From positions 15,998,001 to 16,062,000 of the forward strand of contig CM075987.1 of the NCBI GenBank assembly GCA_038087875.1: a DNA stretch of 64,000 nucleotides. The letters run 5' to 3'. A model generated the notes under the pieces. The model ran no database searches, was not told the DNA's origin, and saw only the letters and a list, made by a program, of their open reading frames with translations. Made by a program: the position numbers and the translations under genes. Source of the DNA: Malacoraja senta (taxonomy: Eukaryota). Shown piece after piece: positions 13,101 through 28,100 of the stretch (positions are counted from its first letter, which is position 1; every line of letters begins with the position of its first letter).

Positions 13101-16100
13101 TGAGGGAGTGCGTGCTGTTTGTTGAGGCCATAAGCATAGGATTAAATTGTAAGATTTAGACCTTGGCAAATTTGCAAGACTTGCTCAATAATCTATAGAA
13201 AATCAGGAAGTTACAGTCTGAAGTTCTGATTAATAAATCTTGGAAAATTAGAATGGAGCTTTCCTTCCAGACATTAAACATGTTTGATTATTGGACTAGA
13301 CTATGCAATTTGAGGACAGAGCTATGGCTAAGTTCAGAAACCCTAGAAAATGCTGATAATGGAATCTTGAGCAAAATACAAAATGCTGGAGGAATTCAGC
13401 AGGTTCGGCAGCACCTATGAAAGAGTAACTCGGCGGGACAGGCAGCATCTCTGGAGAGAAGGAATGGGTGACATTTCAGGTCGAGACCCTTCTTCAGACT
13501 TGAGTCAGGGGAAAGGCAAACGAGATATAGATGGTGATGTAGAGAGATATAGAACAAATGAATGTAATGAACAAATGCAAAAAAATGAAAATATAGAATT
13601 AATGTTCCATACCTGTCTACATCACCATTTATATCTCTCGTTTCTCTTTCCCTTGACTAGTCTGAAGAAGGGTCTCAACCCGAAACGTCACCCATTCCTT
13701 CTCTCCAAATAAATGCTGCTTGTCCCGCTGAGTTACTCCAGCATTTTGTGTCTATCTTTGGTTTAAGCCAGCATCTATGAAAGTCCTGGTTCTAAATGTT
13801 ATCAGTCCATTCCCTGCCTGCCCAATCTCTCCCTGTAGCTCAGGCCCCTGAGTCCTGGCAACATCCTCGTAATTCTTCTTTGCACTCCTCCAGTTCAATG
13901 ACATCCTCCCTATAGCAGAGTGATCAAAACTGGGCACCTCACCAATGTCTTGTACAACTGTAACAGAATGTCCCAACTTCTATACTCCATGCCCTGATCG
14001 ATGAAGGCCAATGTACCATGACTGTTTATATATTCTACATCATGAAGCACAGTGCAACAAGAAATTCCTTTTTTGTTCTAGGTTGATTATCAAGAATTAC
14101 GTGAGAGCAGAAAGTCTATGCTTAGTCTGTATGAGTATTTCACTACTTCCAGAGGGAACAACTATTCAGCACGATGTAAAAAAAAGGCTAAATTGCAAAT
14201 AAGTATCATTTCTGATTTGGCTGGCACCAGGGCAGCAGATTTCCTTCAGAGGAGCACAAAGCATGCTTTTCTTCCTGAAGAACTATTTATTGATTTAAAA
14301 CGAAGGTTGGTGGGAAAGCTTCAATCTCTATGTTAAATGTGTTATACTTTTGAATTAAAAAGTAATTTGGGAAATTTTGAAAGACCTTTCAATGTGGCTT
14401 TTAGTTCCTGATGCTATCCCAAGGCATTTCATTACTTATTTAATAATTTCATCTTGTGGTATTTATATCTTATAGGCAAACACATGGATTCATTTGTACA
14501 CTAGAAAATCCCACAAGCGAGAGGTGTCCTTTATGGAGTCAGAATGGATAGAACTAAGGAATTGTAAGGGTAAAAAGACCCTAATGGGACTTATCTACAG
14601 GCCCCCAAACAGTAGCCTGGACATAGGGTGCAAGTTGAATCAGGAGTTAAAATTGGCATGTAGCAAAGGTAATGCTGTGGTTGTTATGGGAGATTTCAAC
14701 ATGCAGGTAGACTGGGAAAATCAGGTTGGTACTGGACCCCAAGAAAGGGACTTTGGAGAATGCCTTTGTGATGGATTCTTTGAGCAGCTTGTATTGGAGC
14801 CTACCAGGGAGAAGGCAATTCTGGATTTAGTGTTATGTAATGAAAAGGATTTGATAAAGGAACTTGAGGTTAATGAGCCATTAGGAGGTAGTGACCATAA
14901 TATGGTCAGGTTTAATCTACAATTGGAGAGGGAGAAGGGTAGATTGGAGGTGTCAGTGTTACAGTTGAATAAAGGGGACTATGGGGACATGAGGGAGGAG
15001 CTGGCCAAAGTTGAGTGGAAAGATACCCTAGCAGGGATGACAGTGGAACAACAATGGCAGGTATTTCTAGGAATAATACAGAAGGTGCAGGATCAGTTCA
15101 TTCCTAGGAGGAAGAAAGATTCCAAGGGGAGTAAGGGGCGACCGTGGCTGACAAGGGAAGTCAGGGACCGTATAAAAATAAAAGAGAAGAAGTACAACGT
15201 GGCAAAGATGAGCGGGAAGCAAGAGGATTGGGTAATGTTTAAAGAGCAACAGAAGATAGCTAAAAAGACAATACAGGGAGAAAAGATGAGGTACGAAGGT
15301 AAGCTAGTCAAGAATATAAAGGAAAATAGTTAAAGCTTCTTTAGGTATGTGAAGAGGAAAAAATTAGTTAAGACCAAAGTTGGACACTTGAAGACTGAAA
15401 AAGGTGAATTTATTATGGGGAACAAGGAAATGGCAGATGAGTTGAACTGGTACTTTGGATCTTCACTAAGGAGGACACAAACAATCTTCCTGATATAGTA
15501 GTGGCCAGCGGATCTGGGGTGACGGAGGAACTGAAGGAAATCCATATTAGGCAGGAAATGGTGTTGGATAGACTGATGGGACTGAAGGCTGATGAATCCC
15601 CAGGGCCTGATGGTCTGCATCCCAGGGTACTTAAGGAAGTGGCTCTAGAAATCGTGGATGCATTGGTGATAATTTTCCAATGTTCTATAGACTCAGGATC
15701 AGTTCTTAAGGACAAGTGACTTAAGTGTCCATGTGCGAGCCTTTTTTAGGCCAGTGACCACAGTTCTATTTGGTTTAAAATAGTTATGGATAAAGACAGG
15801 GCAGGCCCACTAGCTGAAATTCAGAATTGGGGCTAGGCCAATTGTGATATTAGACAGGAGCTTGTTCAAGATGATTGGAGTAGGCAAATGAACATCTGGA
15901 AAGTGGGATGCTTTTAAAGGTGTGATGACAAATGTTCAGAGCATGCATGTTCTTGTTAGAGCAAAGATCAAGGCACGTGGCAGTAAGGAAGCCGAGATGA
16001 CAAGAGAAATTGAGGGTCTGTTAGGGAAAAAGGCATGGACTGGTATAGGCAGCTGGGAGGAGTTTCGGGAACTGAGGAGCATACCTAAGAAGGAAATCAG

Positions 16101-19100
16101 GTGGGCAAAAAGGTTGCAGAGGATAGCTCTGGCAGATAACGTTAAGGAAAATCCAAAGAGATGTTATATGTACATGAAGGGAAAGAGAATAACTAGAGAG
16201 AGAGAATAGGGCCTCTCAGAAACTAAAGCTGTCATCTCTGTGTGGAGCTGCAGGAGATGGACAAGATGGGCTCAATGATGATTTCTCCTCTGTTTTTACC
16301 ATGAAAACTTGGGGATTTGGGATAGTTAATGGAGATGTTTTGGGGATAGTCTATCTTACAGTCGAGAAGGTGTTGGACACCCTATGGAGTATGAAGGTGG
16401 ATAAATCTCCCGGGCCTGATCAGATATATCTGAGGACATTGTAGAAGGCTAGAGAAGAAATTGCTTCCTTGGGGCGAGGTGGCTAAGGGGTGATCTAGAG
16501 GTGTATAAAATTATGAGCGAGATAGATAGGGTGAATGCATAGTTTTTTTAACCCAGAGTAGAGGAATCAAGAACCAGAGGACATGCGTTTAAGGTGAGAG
16601 GAGAAAGATTTCATAGGAACCTGTGGGGTAATTTTTTCAGACATAGGGTGATGGAATGAGCTGCCAGAGGAGGTAGTTGAGCCAGGTTCTATAACCATTT
16701 TTGAAAGACACATGGAACAGGTACATGGATAGGAAAGGCTGAGAGGGATATGGGCCAAATATGGACAGGTGGGCCTAGCATAGATGGGGCATCTTGGTCA
16801 GCATGGGCTGAAGATTTCCATGCTGTATGGCTATTGCTCTAATTTGATACAATTTTGTGATTAAACAGTACCTCTGATAGTTCTCCATTCACATCTGATC
16901 AGAAATACATAAATATTTTTGCCGCTCAATCATTTTACACTTCCTTTTTGTTGATAAATATTGCTGGTACTGCCAGGTTCATGTGTCCTTGCTAACAATA
17001 TGTTCAGTCACTGTAATCACACAATTGTCCCGTTCTTTTGGGAAGAGTCTACCCAATACTAACTCAATTTTCTTTCCCTTACCACCACTGGATCAAGAAC
17101 TCACCATGTTGGGAATATAGTTGGAAATCTATGGTCTAACACAACTGTATGGTGAATTAATAGTATGTTTTGTATTTGTGCAAGTCAATTTGTTTTGAAA
17201 TATTCAGATAATTCAGATAGAGATACAGCGTGGAAATAGGCCCTTTGGCCCACCGAGTCCAAGTCAACCACCAATCACCTATACACTAGTTCGTACCTAC
17301 ACACCAGGGATAATTTACAGAAGCCAATTAACCCTACAAACCTGCACACCTTTGGAATGTGGGAGGAAACTGGAGCACTTGGAGAAAAACCATGCGGACA
17401 AAGGGAGAATGTACAAACTCCATACACATAGCATCCATGGTCAGGATCGAACCCGGGTCTCTGGCGCTGTAAGGCTGTGCCATTTTGCCGCCCAAATCCG
17501 ATTTTGAAGATTTTAAAAGTGGCTTCAATCCCCTGAGTATTTTTGCCATGTTCAGACACCTCGATTAAATCATAAACTGGAATCATGTTGTATCATTAGT
17601 TACAATCCAGACATTGTCAGCGATTATTACTGGGAAGCATTTGATCTTTAAAAAGGAATAACTTTTGTCAAATGAGGGTAGTTTATCAAAATAATATATT
17701 ATATTTTATAGGATTCGCTTGATTTATTTTGATCACTTAGAGGAGTGGTTTGGTAAAGCCTTGGAAAACGCCAATAATATTGTTGTGGCCAAGAAGACAG
17801 AATTTCAAGCAGAAATGGAACTTCGAACTCACTTGCATGAGCCCAGGGGAAAGCGCATTAAAATGGATGTACTCCATGTTCGGGCTGGTACTGTATCAGC
17901 ATTATCTCAGAGTATCTAATAAACTGCAACAAAGTGGAACCCTCAATGTATCAATCAGTTGATCAATGCATTGAATAGTGGTTTATTATACTTCAGAAGC
18001 CCACAGAACCTCCAGCGTAATCCCTCATTTAATCACAACCATAGCTGCAACAGAGAACTAACAATTGGCCCCAATGTCTCTTGACGAAAGGGAGAGAATA
18101 ATGATTCATTTCTCATCGTTATGTGGTGACTGCACTGATTCATACAGATGAATCCTGTATCTCAGCTGGTGAGATACAGGATTGAGCTCATCTGAGATGT
18201 CACTTCAAAAATTGTCTTTTCTCCTGCCCAAAAAATAATTAAATAAAGAATGCCAGTGCTTGTTCTGCCATGTACAAGTAACTTTAAAATCTACTTGATC
18301 TTACCAGGCAACAAGCAACCAGTTTACTCCCTGTTTCTTTGGCAATTCATAATAAAGTTAACACTCTGAATTGGTAACCTGCTCCCTATCAGATGTACCG
18401 CAGCTGTTGTCAAGTATAGATAGGTACCAGTTGTGCTTTTAACAAGAATCCACACTCAAGGTATAGCAGAAAGACACATTTCTTCCTTGTTGAAATTAAC
18501 CATTGGTTTTGTCCAACAGCGGAACTACGCCTGCACAGTGAGAAAGTGGAACGCCACTGCAACGGGGTGGAAGAAACTATGCAAAAGCTAAAAAAGGAAT
18601 TTGCTAAAATTCAAACAAAGCACTGCAAATCTGTCTTGGACTTTCGTAACAGCATATACAACCTGGAGCAGATCTTCAAAACTGCAACTAGATCTGATAG
18701 GTAAACGTATGTTCAAAAGATGAATTACAAAGAGCATCTCCAATAGATTCATGCATAAATCCACTGCTCAACATTATATGGGGTTGTTATAAAGGGCATG
18801 GCAAGGTATTATGTGCTGTTTATTACTCTATAGAGTTCATTCTCTTTTTTTTGTACCTTAGGCTGGTCAATCTGTTAAATTCACTTAACAGCAAGCAGGA
18901 GAAATATATGGACGGTGTCAACAAATTACTTCGTAACTTCCAACAAAAGCTGGATAAATCTCTTGGAAAGTTACAAGATGATAACACACATTTTATTAAA
19001 TCTTTGAGGTACCAATGAGAAAAAAGACCGATCTTGACTTTAGTGTAAAATACTAAGCTTTAGATGCCTAGTGTAATGAGTATAATTATCATTAATATTC

Positions 19101-22100
19101 ACTTGCAGCTGAATGATTACTGGATTCAGGATGGCTGCTGGGTTCAAATCTATCCAAAATTGCTGAGGTGAAAGCTAACTTTGTCAAAAGTAAAAGGTAG
19201 ACAAAAATGCTGGAGAAACTCAGCGGGTGAGGCAGCATCTATGGAGCGAAGGAATAGGTGATGTTTTGGGTTGAGTCCCTTCTTCAGACTCCTCTTCAAA
19301 AGTAAAATGGGTTTGGCATTCTCAGTCCTGGTAGTACACATTGGTGTGGCAGGTTTGAAAAGTATATTTGCATAGGAAAGATTGCAGATCTGAGCCTGGA
19401 ACTGAGGAACCTCCGTGGGGCAGAAGAGTAGTGAATTTAATGTGCAATTTTGTGTTATATCTGACCTGGAGGTACTTGATGCTGGCACTGTGTGTATGAA
19501 AGGAAAATTATTCTACTCCGCACAAATTAACATCCACCCTCTTGCTAAAATAATATCCTGATGAGCGTGAAGTTTTTAATAAAGGTCTCCGCTGAATAAA
19601 TGGTAATAAAAATAAACCTACTTTATCTGTATTAGCTTGCAGATGGCTGCCCATCCATGAAAGAATATTTCTGCAAACAATATTCAGGCAGTGTTTACTA
19701 GAGTGCGGCTGTCCAATACAAACCAACAGTACCCAGCTATATGTATTGGATTCAGGTTCAGTTGGGTCTATATTCTTATAAAATACTAGACCAAGTGCGG
19801 ACCCGTAGGGCTCGCTCCCCCAACGCAATATTCCACCAAACTGCGCATGCGCGGCTGCCGCGTTCAAAGTTGTGCCATTGTCAGCTGAAATTAAGTTAAA
19901 GTTAATAAAGTAAATAGAGGACCCGTGGAGACGTTTGTAAAGTAGAAGGAAACTTACCCGTGGAGCCATTGGGACCCGTTGTGAGGCCAGGCAAGTACAT
20001 GCGGAAAAAAAACCATGGCGATTTAAAAAAGAAAAGAAATTTGGGATCCCATTGTAATGTCATTGTGACGTCGAACGCAGCTGATGGGCAGGGTGTGGAA
20101 AAGTGATTTTTGTAATGTTTAAAATGTCAATAACTTGTAAAATATACCATCAATCTGAACGAAACTTGTTTCATTTACATCGCACGACAATGGTGAGCAA
20201 GGTGGGCCAAACATTGTATCGCTATCTGGTTTCCTTTGAATGTACTGCCAGGGGTGGTAGTGGAGGCAGATACGATAGTGGCGTTTAAGGCGCTTTTCGA
20301 TAGGCACATGGGTATGCCAGGAATGGATAGATATGGATCATGTGCAGGCAGATGGGATTAATTTGTTCTTGCATCATGTGTTGCATGGATATTGTGGGCC
20401 AAAGAGCCTGTTCCTGTGCATAAAACTGTTCCATGTTCTATGTGACGCATTAAAAAAAAGCTTTTCACAACCCGAGGATATCAAAAGTGCTAATCAGACA
20501 ACTATGTATTTAGTATAGCTTCTGTTGCATTATGTATTTATAAAGTGTTCTATCTGCCATGGTAACTGCTATTTAGTATCAGGCTTGAGGTTGAGAAAGA
20601 AGAATGAACAACAATATAATCCATACCTAATATCCCACCAGCAAAGGGATTTGGGGATACTGGTGAGAGGGCCTAATATCCCACCAGCAAAGGGATTTGG
20701 GGATACTGGTGAGAGGGGAGAATATCCCACCAGCAATAGGATTTGGGGATACTGGTGAGAGGGCCTAATATCCCACCAGCAAAGGGATTTGGGGATACTG
20801 GTGAGAGGGCCTAATATCCCACCAGCAATGGGATTTGGGGATACTGGTGAGAGGGCCTAATATCCCACCAGCAATGGGATTTGGGGATACTGGTGAGAGG
20901 GCCTAATATCCCACCAGCAAAGGGATTTGGGGATACTGGTGAGAGGGGAGAATATCCCACCAGCAATGGGATTTGGGGATACTGGTGAGAGGGCCTAATA
21001 TCCCACCAGCAATGGGATTTGGGGATACTGGTGAGAGGGGAGAATATCCCACCAGCAAAGGGATTTGGGGATACTGGTGAGAGGGCCTAATATCCCACCA
21101 GCAAAGGGATTTGGGGATACTGGTGAGAGGGCCTAATATCCCACCAGCAATGGGATTTGGGGATACTGGTGAGAGGGGAGAATAAAACACATTATGGTAT
21201 AGCTTTATTAAATATTGTCTAGGCCACTGCCTGAATATTGTTTGCAGTCCCGTCAGCCACGCTATGGCAAGGATATGATTGTACTGGGCAAGGGAGATTC
21301 ACCAGGATGTATCTTAGAATGGAGTGTTTTAGTAATGAAGAGAGACTGAATTGGCAGGGTGACCTTTCCATAGAGTGGAAGAGGCTGCTGGGGGATGGAA
21401 CCTGATTGACACATAAAAAATGATAGTAAAAGTAGATAATGAGAAACATACCAGAAGTGTCTAATTCATAGCAAAAGGATTTGAGTATAGGAGCAGGGAG
21501 GTTCTACTGCAGTTGTACAGGGTCTTGGTGAGACCACACCTGGAGTATTGCGTACAGTTTTGGTCTCCTAATCTGAGGAAAGACATTCTTGCCATAGAGG
21601 GAGTACAGAGAAGGTTCACCAGACTGATTCCTGGGATGTCAGGACTTTCATATGAAGAAAGACTGGATAGACTCGGTTTGTACTCGCTAGAATTTAGAAG
21701 ATTGAGGGGGGATCTTATAGAGACGTACAAAATTCTTAAGGGGTTGGACAGGCTAGATGCAGGAAGATTGTTCCTGATGTTGGGGATGTCCAGAACAAGG
21801 GGTCACAGTTTAAGGATAAGGGGGAAATCTTTTAGGACCGAGATGAGGAAAACATTTTTCACACAGAGAGTGGTGAATCTCTGGAATTCTCTGCCACAGA
21901 AGGTAGTTGAGGCCAGTTCATTGGCTATATTTAAGAGGGAGTTAGATGTGGCCCTTGTGGCTAAAGGGATCAGGGGGTATGGAGAGAAAGCAGGTACAGG
22001 ATACTGAGTTGGATGATCAGCCATGATCATATTGAATGGCGGTGCAGGCTCGAAGGGCCGAATGGCCTACTCCTGCACCTATTTTCTATGTTTCTATGTT

Positions 22101-25100
22101 TTTATGTTTCACAGGTTTAAGACAAGGGCAGGAAGCTTAGAGCAACTGGATGAAGGAAATTTACAAACTGGTTGAGAGAAAATGCCCACAGTATTGAACT
22201 AAAGATTGAAATGTAAGAATGTAAAAGGTATAGGAATGAAGGTGAAACAGAACTCTGGAGCTAAGCGTTTGAGGAAGATCTTTTGAAGTAAATAATTTAT
22301 GGTACTTTAAAGTGAATGAGAAAATCTTTGAGTGAATGGATTTTTGAGTGAATGAATCTTAGAATAATTGCAGTGCAGAAAAAGGCCATTCGGACCAATG
22401 TGTCTAGGCTTGGTGTCTACAAAAGCAATTCACTTGTTCCATACCTTTCGCCCACATCTTTGCGAATGTTTATGACTGTATATTTATTCATTTCTCTCTT
22501 AAAGACTATAATGGGACTTACCTCCACTGCTTCTGCGGGTGATTCATTCGAGATTCCAACCACACACTGCGTTTAAAAATAGTTTTCCATCGTCATTATT
22601 AGTTCCATTACCCTTCATTTTATTCCAGTGACCTCTACCCTCAACCCCTCTAATGGATACATCCTCCCACTATGCACGGTATTTAGACTCTTCACCATTA
22701 CATAAACATATCACATCTCTCCACTGTCTTCTTTTGTCCGAAAGAAAATAATGTCAGCTTCTTGTGGCAGTTGTCTTTCAACCCAAGAACCACTTTCGTA
22801 AACCTACTCCGATCCCTCTCCAATGCTTGACAAAATGGGTCCATTAGTATTGATCTACCAAAAAGGCACAGGACTGCGGGACTTAAAACATTTTTCTATT
22901 GCTAATAAATGCTTTAGTTGATATGTAATGCTCGAACCTCTAGGTTATTCGCAGAAGGTGGCAACTTTACAGCAATAGAAATTGACACTTACCGGCAGAA
23001 TGTGGAGCAGGAAGCCTCGAATATTGCCAAAATTGAAGGGACAATTATGGTCGACCTGGAAGTAATGGAGACGCTATCCATACAACAGGTGTGAACTCAA
23101 TATCAAAGAAGTTAAGACATTTCATTTATTTTAAATTAAAATTGGCCGGAGATATAGCTTAATATAGGATATATGCCTACCGCTGGCTTGGCTCTATGGA
23201 GTCAAGCCTCATTTACTTGATAGAGCCTGAATTTGATAGAGCCTGAATATTTTTTATAATTTACAGCTTGCCATTGACTTCAAAAAATGATCATTTAAAT
23301 GATTTGTCCAACCTTATGTTTGAGAATTGTAGATGCTGAAAATCTGTAATAAATCCAGAAGATATTTTAGAAGGATGAGGGGAGGGGGGGGGGGGGGGGG
23401 CTCATTGATACTTGGCTGGATAGTGCAGATGTGGAGAAGATGTTTCTACTAGTGGGAGAGTCTAGGACCAGAGAGCACAGTCTCAGAATAAAATGTCGTT
23501 CTTTTAGAAAGGAGATGAGGAGGAATTTCTTTAGTCAGAGGGTTGTGAATCTGTATAATTATTTGCCGCTCCTAATACAGAAAAATTAATATCTTATATA
23601 TATAATATCTTATTAGACAGTGACATTCCATCGACGGACTTACACAGACAAACATGGGAAAAAGAATTAAATCAAATAATAACGAAAGATACGTGGGAAG
23701 AAAGTTTGCAACACATACATCAATGTTCATTAAACGCCAGACATTCTCTAATACAATTTAAAGTAATACATAGGTTACATTATTCAAAAACAAAACTACA
23801 TAAAATCTTTCAACATATCTCACCTATATGTGATAAATGTCAACATTTAGAAGCTACCTTATCTCATATGTTTGCAAACTGTATAAAAATTAAAAAATTC
23901 TGGGTAAATATTTTCAGTATAATATCTAAAATAACCAGCACACAATTGGACCCAGATTCAAAATTAATAATACTTGGAATATTAGAATTAAATCAAACAT
24001 TTAGAACAACACAAAGAAACTTTATTGATTATAGTTTAATAACAGGAAAAAAAATAATTCTAAAATTTTGGAAAGGCCCTACGACCCCCACAATCAAAAT
24101 GTGGATTATAGAAATGACGGAGACCTTAAACGTGGAAAGAATCAGATTCTCCCTGTTGGACAAACAGGAATTATTTGTTGGAACATGGTCTCCTTTTATT
24201 GATTACTTAAAGGGTCAGAACAGTTCAGCACAGGAACCTGACTAGCACTCGGGCTAAAGAATGGATGAAATGCTATACTTAGAAATGTACGAATATATCT
24301 CGAATGAAGTTTTTTATTTTAATAAATTTTTCCATTCTTCTTTAACTATCTTTTTATTTATTTTTTATTTTTTATTTTTTTTTATTTTTTGTTTTTGTTT
24401 TTGTTTTGTTTTTTTGTTTTTCTTCTCTTTCTTTTCTTTCTTTACTTCATCTATCTCTTTAGTTCTATTTAGTTTAAAAAAAAAAAAGGCAAAAGGTATT
24501 GGAGACAATGTAATAATAATTGACAATATTATCAATTTAAAAATGTAAGACTGTAATGATGTAAATAGGTTGTGTACTTATCTCCAATAAAAAATATTTT
24601 CAAAAAAAATAAAATAATTATTTGCCGCAGACGGCTGTGGAGGCCGTCATTGGGTATTTTTAAAGCAGAGATTGACAGATTTTTGATTAATAAAGGTGTC
24701 AAAGTTGACAGGGAGAAGGCAGGAAAATTGAGTTGACAGGGGAAAATAGATCAGCCATGATTGAATGGCGGCATAGACTCAATGGGCCGAATGGCCTAAT
24801 TCTGCTCGTATGATGTATGAACATAGGAAACATTCAGCAGGCTGGGCAACATCTATGGAAAGAGAAACATTCAAGATTTAAATCTGAGATTCTTTATCAG
24901 AGCCAGCGAACATTTCTTTGGTTTGCACGTGGATGTGTGGAGCTGATCCAACCTACGTGTAGAGTCCTTAAGCCAAGGAGAAGACTTTACATTTAGAGGA
25001 AAAAAAGCTTGCATTTATTACAGTACCATCATCAACATCAGCCCCAACCCATTAACCACAATCAGCAATTTTGCCTGAATTATTTTTCTTCTGAAGGCAC

Positions 25101-28100
25101 CACAGCAGAGCTCAATTTGAGGACAATCAGTGTTGCATTTGTTTAAATAAAGTGGGTGATGTGCATGCAGAGATGCGTAACAAGCTGCCATGTAGATATG
25201 GGTAGCAACATGTGCAGCACCATTGCTCTGACAAAGTCAGCAGATGAATGCATAGTGATTTAACACCACTTGGGCTAAATTTTAGCTCCATACACCAGCT
25301 AATTTCTCAAGTCAGAGGGTGGTGAATCTGTGGAATTCTGCTACAGAAGGCTGTGGGGGCCAAGTCAGTGGATATACTTAAGGCATCGATAGATAGATTC
25401 TTGATTAGTACAGCTGTCAGAGGTTATGGGGAGAAGGCAGGAGAATGGGGTTAGGAGGGAAAGATAGATCAGCCATGATTGAATGGTGGAGTAGACTTGA
25501 TGGGCCGAATGGCCTAATTCTGCTCCTATCACATGAACTTATGAACTAATACCTCTTACCTTGTGCGCCTGAACAAGTACTATTGTCAACAATTGACGTT
25601 TGCTTGATGATTGATTTAATCGGGCTGTTTCTACAATGGGTGCTTTTTGGACTTGCTGAGAGTTGTTAGCACCTACCTACAGGGTATGATGTGCCAGGTG
25701 CGATGGTGCATATTTTTCACCTCACATATATTGAGCCGAATCTGAACACTGACACTCAACAATTGAAGTGTACAATGTCAGGCACAACATTTCCCACTTC
25801 AGTGTTTAAATTCAAGATAGAATACAATCCTCCAGGTATGAACGTGAACATGAAGTATAAAATCAAAACGTGTCAAAATTTAATATATTGTTAAAATAAT
25901 ATACACAAAGTTTAACAAGTTTCTACGACCAGTTATTTGTCCAGTTATTGTCAGAGTTTGTCCAGTTATTGTCAGAAACAATCTCCCAAAGTCATTCCTT
26001 GCAGTTGTTATCTATGGCAAAATATGACATTGCTATTCACAGCCTCTAATATAACAGTTCACATGAAGATATTAGCTGCTGTACATCAAATAATTATGTC
26101 GCAGCTGCTGCTATGACCACCAGTAAGCTGCTTAAGCTACTTAACTGCCTGAATTATGAATTACATTTTATTTTTTAAACCTTAGTAGTTATTTTACAAT
26201 AAAAACTGATAATTTAAAATGGAAGAGCATAAAAAGGAGGTGCTTGTTCGATGTACCGGCACGTACCATACCAAAAAATTAGCTCATCGGGATGGGAAAT
26301 CAATAAGACAGCAGCAATAAAAGGAAAAGTTACTGATGCAAATAATGCATAGCAGGACTGTTGTTACCTGGCAGAGACAGATTGGATAAAAGTGAGGTTG
26401 CTAACAACTGCAAACTCCCTTCAAATCTAAATTAAGGGCAGATTGAAATCACGATACACCCATCAAATTATTAATATGACATTACAAAGAATGGATAAAG
26501 AAATCTGAGTCACGGCATGTTGTTGAACGTTGATACTTTTGTTTATTCTTTCACAAGTCTTTTGAGGTGATCAAAGAGGTTGAAGACAGGTATATGCGTT
26601 ATACCGTCGATTTGATCTTCATTGAGAAGATTAAACGATTTCTGACGAACACTCAAGCAAGAATCAAAAGTGCGGTAAGAAAAGTTTTCTGAGTAACTAA
26701 CCCAGTTAAGTATGGATATTGCACAATCCAAGGACAAATCAATTCATTTAATAGTTCCAGATTCTAGCCATCCTATGAGTGAAAATATTCTTCCCTCTGC
26801 TCCCCTCTTGAATCTCACCCGAAAACTTTGCCCCACTGTGTTAGACACCTCTGGTATGGGGAAATCTTTTGAAAACTATCTTACAATTCATCACCTAATT
26901 TGCCCTTACCTATTTTGCTAGATGCAAACGCAAAATGTTTCAAGCCGATTTGTGATAACTTCTCATTCATAAATCCATTTTGACTTATTTACTTATTGTT
27001 TCCAACCTTTCTCCTACTTTTGTTAGGCTAACTGGTCTAAATTAGAGGTGCCAGTACATGTGCATATACTCAGTACATGTCAGTCCAACCTTGCAGGTTA
27101 AATTGACAATGTTAGCAATAGGTACAGTTTGTACTGGTAAAAACCTGAAGCCACTTTCAACTTTTCAATGGTTCTCTATATTTCTCTTCCTACTTTCTTA
27201 AATAGCGAAGTTATATTTCCTATCTTCCACCCTGGATTCATTCTGTAATCTATAAAAAATTACAGACGCAAGAAACTGCAGGTGATGGAATCTTGAGCAA
27301 AAATTAAAGTGCTGGGGGAACTCAGTTTCATCAGAACTTGGTAAAAACCAAAGAGCTTGGCCAAAAGCTTAGAAAAACTTGCCAGTCGTCAACTGTTCAG
27401 CTGTATGTTTTGCCATTGGTGATATGCTGCATCCCATAGTTTGATCAATCTGCCTCAATTGAAAATAAAATTCATATAATTATAATCCCAAAGTACATTA
27501 TGAGAATGGAGTACTGATGAAATAACATCGACTTGAGAAGTTAACACTGGTTTTCTCTGCATGCTGTCTGATCTGCTGATCAGCTGATCAGCATTTTCCA
27601 TATTTTCGCCTTACCCTTGTGCCTTGGCTGAAAAAAAATGGAATAATCTGAGATTTTAACTCTGGTACAAATTGTCATTTGCTAAAGATAATTCCACATT
27701 TTTACTAGCCTTACTTAAGGGCCTGTCCCACCAGCATGCGATTGCATGCATCTAGCGCGACCAAACGTGGTGGCTTGAGGCATACGGCCTCGCGGGGCCG
27801 GACCTACTTCGAACCGCGGAGGCGTCTGGAGTTGTGCGGGGCTGGTCCCGACATCATACTCACCAATCAGCTGGGCAGGAGGCGGGCCAACTGAATTTGG
27901 ACGTCGCACGGCGTCGGGCGGTTACGTCATCACGCAATGGCACGCCGGGCGGTGATGTCATCGCGCAACGCCACGCGCTTAGGCGTACGCCGTCAAGACG
28001 CTGCGTACGGTGTCAAGGTGCTGCATACGGCGTCGAGGCGGTGTGTGCGTCCTCCATGCGGCAGCGGGCCAGCAGGCCTTTGCCACGCGGAATTTTTGAA

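Noticed and set aside
20626..21184. CRISPR-like array
   Set aside because: Units are contiguous with no unique spacers, no cas genes are present, and the context is a vertebrate intron. It is a minisatellite.
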